The notes under the pieces were generated by a model, which made no database searches, had not been told where the DNA came from, and saw only the letters and a list, made by a program, of their open reading frames with translations. Shown here one piece after another: positions 58,863 through 64,000 of a stretch of DNA of 64,000 bases. The first letter of the stretch is position 1; every line of letters starts with the position of its first letter. A program made the position numbers and the translations under genes. Source of the DNA: Hydrolagus colliei (Eukaryota); NCBI GenBank assembly GCA_035084275.1, contig CM068748.1:6820001-6884000 (forward strand). The letters are read 5' to 3'.

Positions 58863-61399
58863 TCAGAGATATCTTGAAATCAAATACAAGATGCGAGAAT
58901 TGTAAAAGATATAAATGAGAGAACAGAATTACAATTCAGAAAAGTTTCTCTGAAATTGCTACCATGCTGTTTGTCTTGTGAGTAGTTTCAAAAAAGAAAT
59001 TTAATTCCTTTTTTTAGACAGTAACTTGAATACATCTATATTGCAATTCCATTTTTCAGTAAAGCATTGTGTAAACGACAGCCAACAGAAACGGTACGTT
59101 AAACTGCAGGCATCCCAGAACAGCAGGAATTTTGAATCAGAGCAGGAAACTCCCTCAGTGCAGGGCATAAAACAAAATTAAAATCCGCTGCCTCTTGACC
59201 TGGGCCTGAATCCAGCCAAATGAGACTTATAATCCCCATTGACCTTATGAGTCCTATATGAAATGAGTTTGACTGGGCATGGGCCAGGAGCACAGAACTG
59301 CCAACAATTTTTGCACAAATGAACTCTAAACTGGCACGCTTACTCAAAGAGGCCATAGATCGTTTGTGTGAAAAAAAATGAGGGAAGGGGAGAAGAAAGG
59401 AAATCACTGGAGCAGAAGGGGACTAGATTCAGGAATATTAGAGGAGTAGAGAAGACAGCCATGCCTGACGTGGGAGTACATGATGCCAATAATGGATTGT
59501 TCTCCACTCCACTATTGGCAATTTATTTGTTTATATAAACATTTCTAAGAAAACTGTTCCCTTCTTTAGAAATCTCCTCATACAGCTCTCTACGTTCGTT
59601 AAGCATCCTTGGGTCATCCTCCCCTGATGAGTCCAAGGATTATGTTTACGAACTGCTTCTATGAAATTGGGACTCACAAATCTGCTCAATGTTGCTTGGA
59701 TGGGGGCGGGGGAGGGGGGGGGGGGGGCGGGGGGGGGGGGGGGCAGTGGGGTTGTGAGAGGGAGAGAAGGGGAAGAAAGATGGAAAATAGCTGGATTGCT
59801 GTTCCAAAATTGACCCCTTCAGAAAGTGCATGCATTTGGATGGCTTCCACAAGCAAGTTATCTTAGCGCACATGAGAATGATCATTCAGCTGAGGGACTA
59901 AAGAGCAACGAGCAGCTCTGGGAACATACGTCAGCATAAACAGCACCATCAGGGGAATCCTCCTTCTGCCACCCAGAAAACAATGCACCATATAGCATAT
60001 TTATTCATGGCGCACGTTTTATGTATCAAATTATATTTACATCCATTTATACTTGCCTTGGTTTCAATCTACTGCTCTACAACAGAAGTGAATGGAATAC
60101 CAGTACTTATGAAACACCAATAGTACTTTGCTAGCACAGAGTAACGTTTGCTTTACATTGCAGTATTGCCAACTACAGTATACAAACTTAAACACAAACA
60201 CCGTGTAAAATATAAAGAGTGTGACACTATTGCCTGGAAAGGAGCCAAGGTCCAGTTTCAAAGGCAGGAGGAAAAAAAGCATCTCATCCTGCCTCCTTGT
60301 TCCAGGTGGGCTGAGCTCTCAGTCAGCAGAAAATACCTGTCAGCTAGGAAAGGAACATCGTCAGACTACATGTGTGAATTTGTATGTGTTTGTTTGACTA
60401 TTATTTTGTTCTGTGAAATCAGTTCCCCATTGTATCCTTTGGGAAGGAGTGACAATCTCCCATTGTCCTTAAAATACATTACAACGTGTACATATCCAGC
60501 CTGAGTCCAGTTGTATTCAAACATTCAGATGTTGCTATACTTTCCATCAATAGATGGACTGCAGTCAAATCTTTCAGCTCATTCTTCCACAGGGACTGAG
60601 CAGGAGCTTGGTTTGGGAGATACATATCTTCTACTTCTCACCCTGGACACAGCCAAACATTGCAAATCTTTTCAGCAACTCAGCAGCCTTTGTTATGTTG
60701 ACTGTTCCATAGCACACATGAGCTCTGACCCAATTTCTCCCTTTCTGTTCAACAAGTCAAACAGCCACCTAGGTCAGCACAATCTGTTCCGTATGATGGA
60801 GGCTATGAGGATTATACTGTATGAGTGAACTTTAGAAATATGCAATAGATAGCCTTTTGTAATTCAATAACTCAATTTCTCATGTAATACCTGCTTTGAC
60901 AATTGATAAAGTGGAGGCTTGCAGTGATGCAGTACGTGGAGAATCAGCACATAGTCAGAGGACAAGGAATATCAATAGAAAAAATAAATGAATTGTGGAA
61001 ATCTGATATAAAACAAAAAAAATGCTGGAAACACAGAAGTTCAATCAGTTACTGAAACAAATACAATGGGTTTAGGTTTCAGGTGTGACCCTTCACCAGA
61101 GAGCATGAACCTCTGTCCATTTTGAACATCTTCTGTGGGTAAGGATTGAGAACAAGAAATTAAAGACGTGAGATTCAAAGTGAATGCCTCCCAGCTGCTT
61201 AGAGTTGGCTCAGAGCTGAATTAGGCACCTGGATACAGTTTGTGTGATTGCCTTCTCAGCCTCAGTTGCTGCATTATTCTGGGACAGAAGAAATTTGCTT
61301 TTACATTTGCCCAATAGAAAGTTGAGCTAATTAAGAAATTACTGTCTAAAATAGTAACTTTGCATGCAAACAATACAGCTAATTTATATATTGTACTGT

Positions 61400-61665
61400 C
61401 AACAACTTGCATTTATATAATGCCCTCCATGCTAGACGGCGTCTCACAGCGCTTAAGAGTGCTCAGAGTATACCTCATATAGTATTGACATGAATGGCAA
61501 TTGTCATGTTTTTGGCCAGGATACTAAGAATAATTCCCTATTCTTTTCATATTGTATAAAGGACCTTTAATGCATATTGGATTAGGCATTTGAGACTTTG
61601 GTTAACTCCCAATCCATAACCTTTTGACCCAGGTGCAAGCTGCTACCAACTGAGTCAAGCAGATG
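61400..61665 (-). mobile_element. Deu-domain SINE remnant
   Basis: AACAACTTGCATTTATATA tail, GGCCAGGATAC...TTCCCTATTCTTTTC body and CAACTGAGTCA head remnant. Confidence 0.55.
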
Positions 61666-62607
61666 CCTGAAACTATATATAAGCTATAGCTGTTTCTATT
61701 TTGATTTGAGATTTTATGGTAAAAAAAACCTGGCACCTAACTTGTATGTACATTACACAGGAGTATAGCTACTGGAACCAATTTCACACTCCTGAATTCA
61801 TAAAAATGCAGTAGGTTTCAATTGAAATACTGATAAACTCAGCTGCCCCCTCCTCCTTTAAAAACAGGAAATACTGGCAAGATCTGTAAAAATGTTAATG
61901 TTATACAATGAGTCAATGTTATATGGCATTAAATATTTAAGCAGCTGTTTTACCTTCTACACACAGGACATCTGGGAAATGAAACCCATTCTTCAAATTG
62001 ACCTTTTGTACCATTATGCAATATGGAACAATATAAAAAAAAGCAGTATTGTGCAAGGATTTTGTTTTAGAAATATTGCACGTATACAATGAAGGGCATC
62101 AGTTTTTAATTAAAAAGATTGAAGCTATAGTTCATCACATTATAAGTTCATTTAATTCAACCCGATCTGCCAAAACAGTAATCTTTTTTGGAGATTGGAT
62201 AGTAAAATTGCATTGAAGACATCAGGCAATGTAAATTCTCAGTTTAGGTAGAATAAGAGATTCACTTCACCTGGCAGAATAAAAACGCGTCCCATTTTAT
62301 TTAATTTCACTGTGGAGGACTAAACTTCACATACCTATAGATTAAATTCCCGTGTTACCCATGCATATTAAGAGACACTGACTCTTAAATGCTCAAGCAT
62401 TCTAATCTTAACAGTGGTCAAAGACTCCTTTGAGCTGGTTGATTTCAGAAACCTCAGTCACGGCTGGTCACAGAAACGGTTGCTGAAGACCATCATATAT
62501 ACCAAAATGCATGGATAGTCAATGGACCTGCACAAATTCCACCCATCGTCAACTGATGAGTGCTAGAGAGACATTGGCCAGGGATTATTCTTGCCACATT
62601 CATTTAT

Positions 62608-62914
62608 TCCTGTGGCTCAGTGGTTAGAGAACTCGCCTTGCAAGCATGAGATCTGGATTCAATTCCAGGCAGGATAAAACCTTGGGCAAATTTCCTTACT
62701 CCACATTTATTAATAATAATCCCTCAAAAAAAGTAATCAATTGGTCATTTCAATCCTTGACTGTTTGTGGGATACTGCTGTGTGCAATTGGCTGCTGCGT
62801 TTCACCCAGAAAATATACAATCAACGCATTTTACACTATATTCTGTGAAGTGCTTTGAGACGTTTAGAAGATGTGAAAAGCGCTATATCAAATCCAAGGA
62901 TCGTTATTATTATT
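62608..62914 (+). mobile_element. tRNA-derived SINE, near full length, with (TTA)n tail
   Basis: A box TGGCTCAGTGG, B-box-like GGATTCAATTCC, body TGTTTGTGGGATACTGCTGTGTGCAATTGGCTGC, tail GATGTGAAAAGCGCTATATCAAAT..AAGGAT..TTATTATTATT. Confidence 0.88.
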
Positions 62915-64000
62915 CCTGGACTACAGTCCAGGAGACCAGAAACACCATGACTGAAGGTTACAATCCCATCAACCTTGAGAGTTGTGACTACCGATTGGAA
63001 GCAAAGGGAGCAACTCAGCAGCATTTTATTGATGAAGCGTTACCTCCTTTCAAATGTGATGGTGTGCAAACCCCATCTCCCAAACATGCATAGCTAAACA
63101 TCTATATTTATATGCAACAAACAATACCAGTGATGCTTTTCTGGGCTCTGCTGTAACTGGAGAAATACCAACAGTTTGGGTGCATCTTGAAGGATAGGGG
63201 AATCTGAGGATGGAGAAGTTCAATGATGACTCAACAGAAGACTGACTGGCAAGTCACTGGAGACCATCAGTCAGGGTAAAAAGGAAACCCAATTTCCAGT
63301 CAAGCATTGTTTCAACCATCGAACAACAACAACAACAAACTGCATTTATATTGCTCTCATACTTTGCTCTCAACACATGCAGAAACTCACCAACATAAAT
63401 CTGATTTTCTGGGATCAAACTGTACAAATGCATACAGTATATAAGTTTGCAGATATGTTATCACTTTTGGAACAAAATTAAAATATTGTTACCCCTACAA
63501 CTAATTCTGTAATGTGCAAAACAGCAGCAGAAAGTGAACATTTTTCACATTATATGAATATTACTAATTTCTTTGACAGTTTAAGTGAAAGTTAAAAGGA
63601 AGTGTCCACTTTAAAGGTTGATTGAAATTAGATTTAAATTTATTCACAGGCTCGACAAGCTTTCGCCAATATATTGCTAGCTGTTATTTGATTCATCTTA
63701 AACCATTTATATATTTTCAGCCTTAGTCTGTTGCTCTACAGGCCTTGGCTCTTCAACCAGGTTTCCCATTAAAACTGTTAACTGTGAGCAATGTCACTAT
63801 CTAATTCAAATTTAAAATGTTCCCATCAGTAAAATACTGTCTGCTTGTCCTTGTTAAATCAATAATGCATCAATGTTGCATAGCAATTAAAAACCAACAT
63901 TTAAAAAAAGTTTTTAAACTGGTGGTGGATTTGACATTTAAATCACTTTCTAGATGACATGTCAAAAGTTTCAAACTGGTGGAGAGGAACTATAGTGCTG

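Overview
Eukaryotic (vertebrate) genomic DNA, not prokaryotic; the repeat content suggests a cartilaginous fish (inference). The window holds the conserved block EXOC6 (last coding exons, +), CYP26C1 (6 coding exons, +, 632 aa), CYP26A1 (7 coding exons, +, 494 aa) and MYOF (last 6 coding exons, -). I read all exon boundaries manually from GT-AG sites and frame continuity; most ORF-track entries are spurious. The flanks carry CR1 LINE remnants, Deu-domain and tRNA-derived SINEs and a Tc1/mariner-type MITE. The central ~30 kb is CpG-retaining and transposon-poor. Best leads: (1) a 12-nt in-frame microexon in the last EXOC6 intron with SRRM3/4-type UGC motifs; (2) a ~130-aa Cys/His-rich insertion between the J and K helices of CYP26C1; (3) CYP26A1 and MYOF ending tail-to-tail, with opposite-strand poly(A) signals only 30 nt apart; (4) several retinoic-acid response element clusters beyond the known proximal DR5, one lying in the MYOF 3' UTR. 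I see no wholly new gene system; the novelty is in regulation, splicing and protein architecture.
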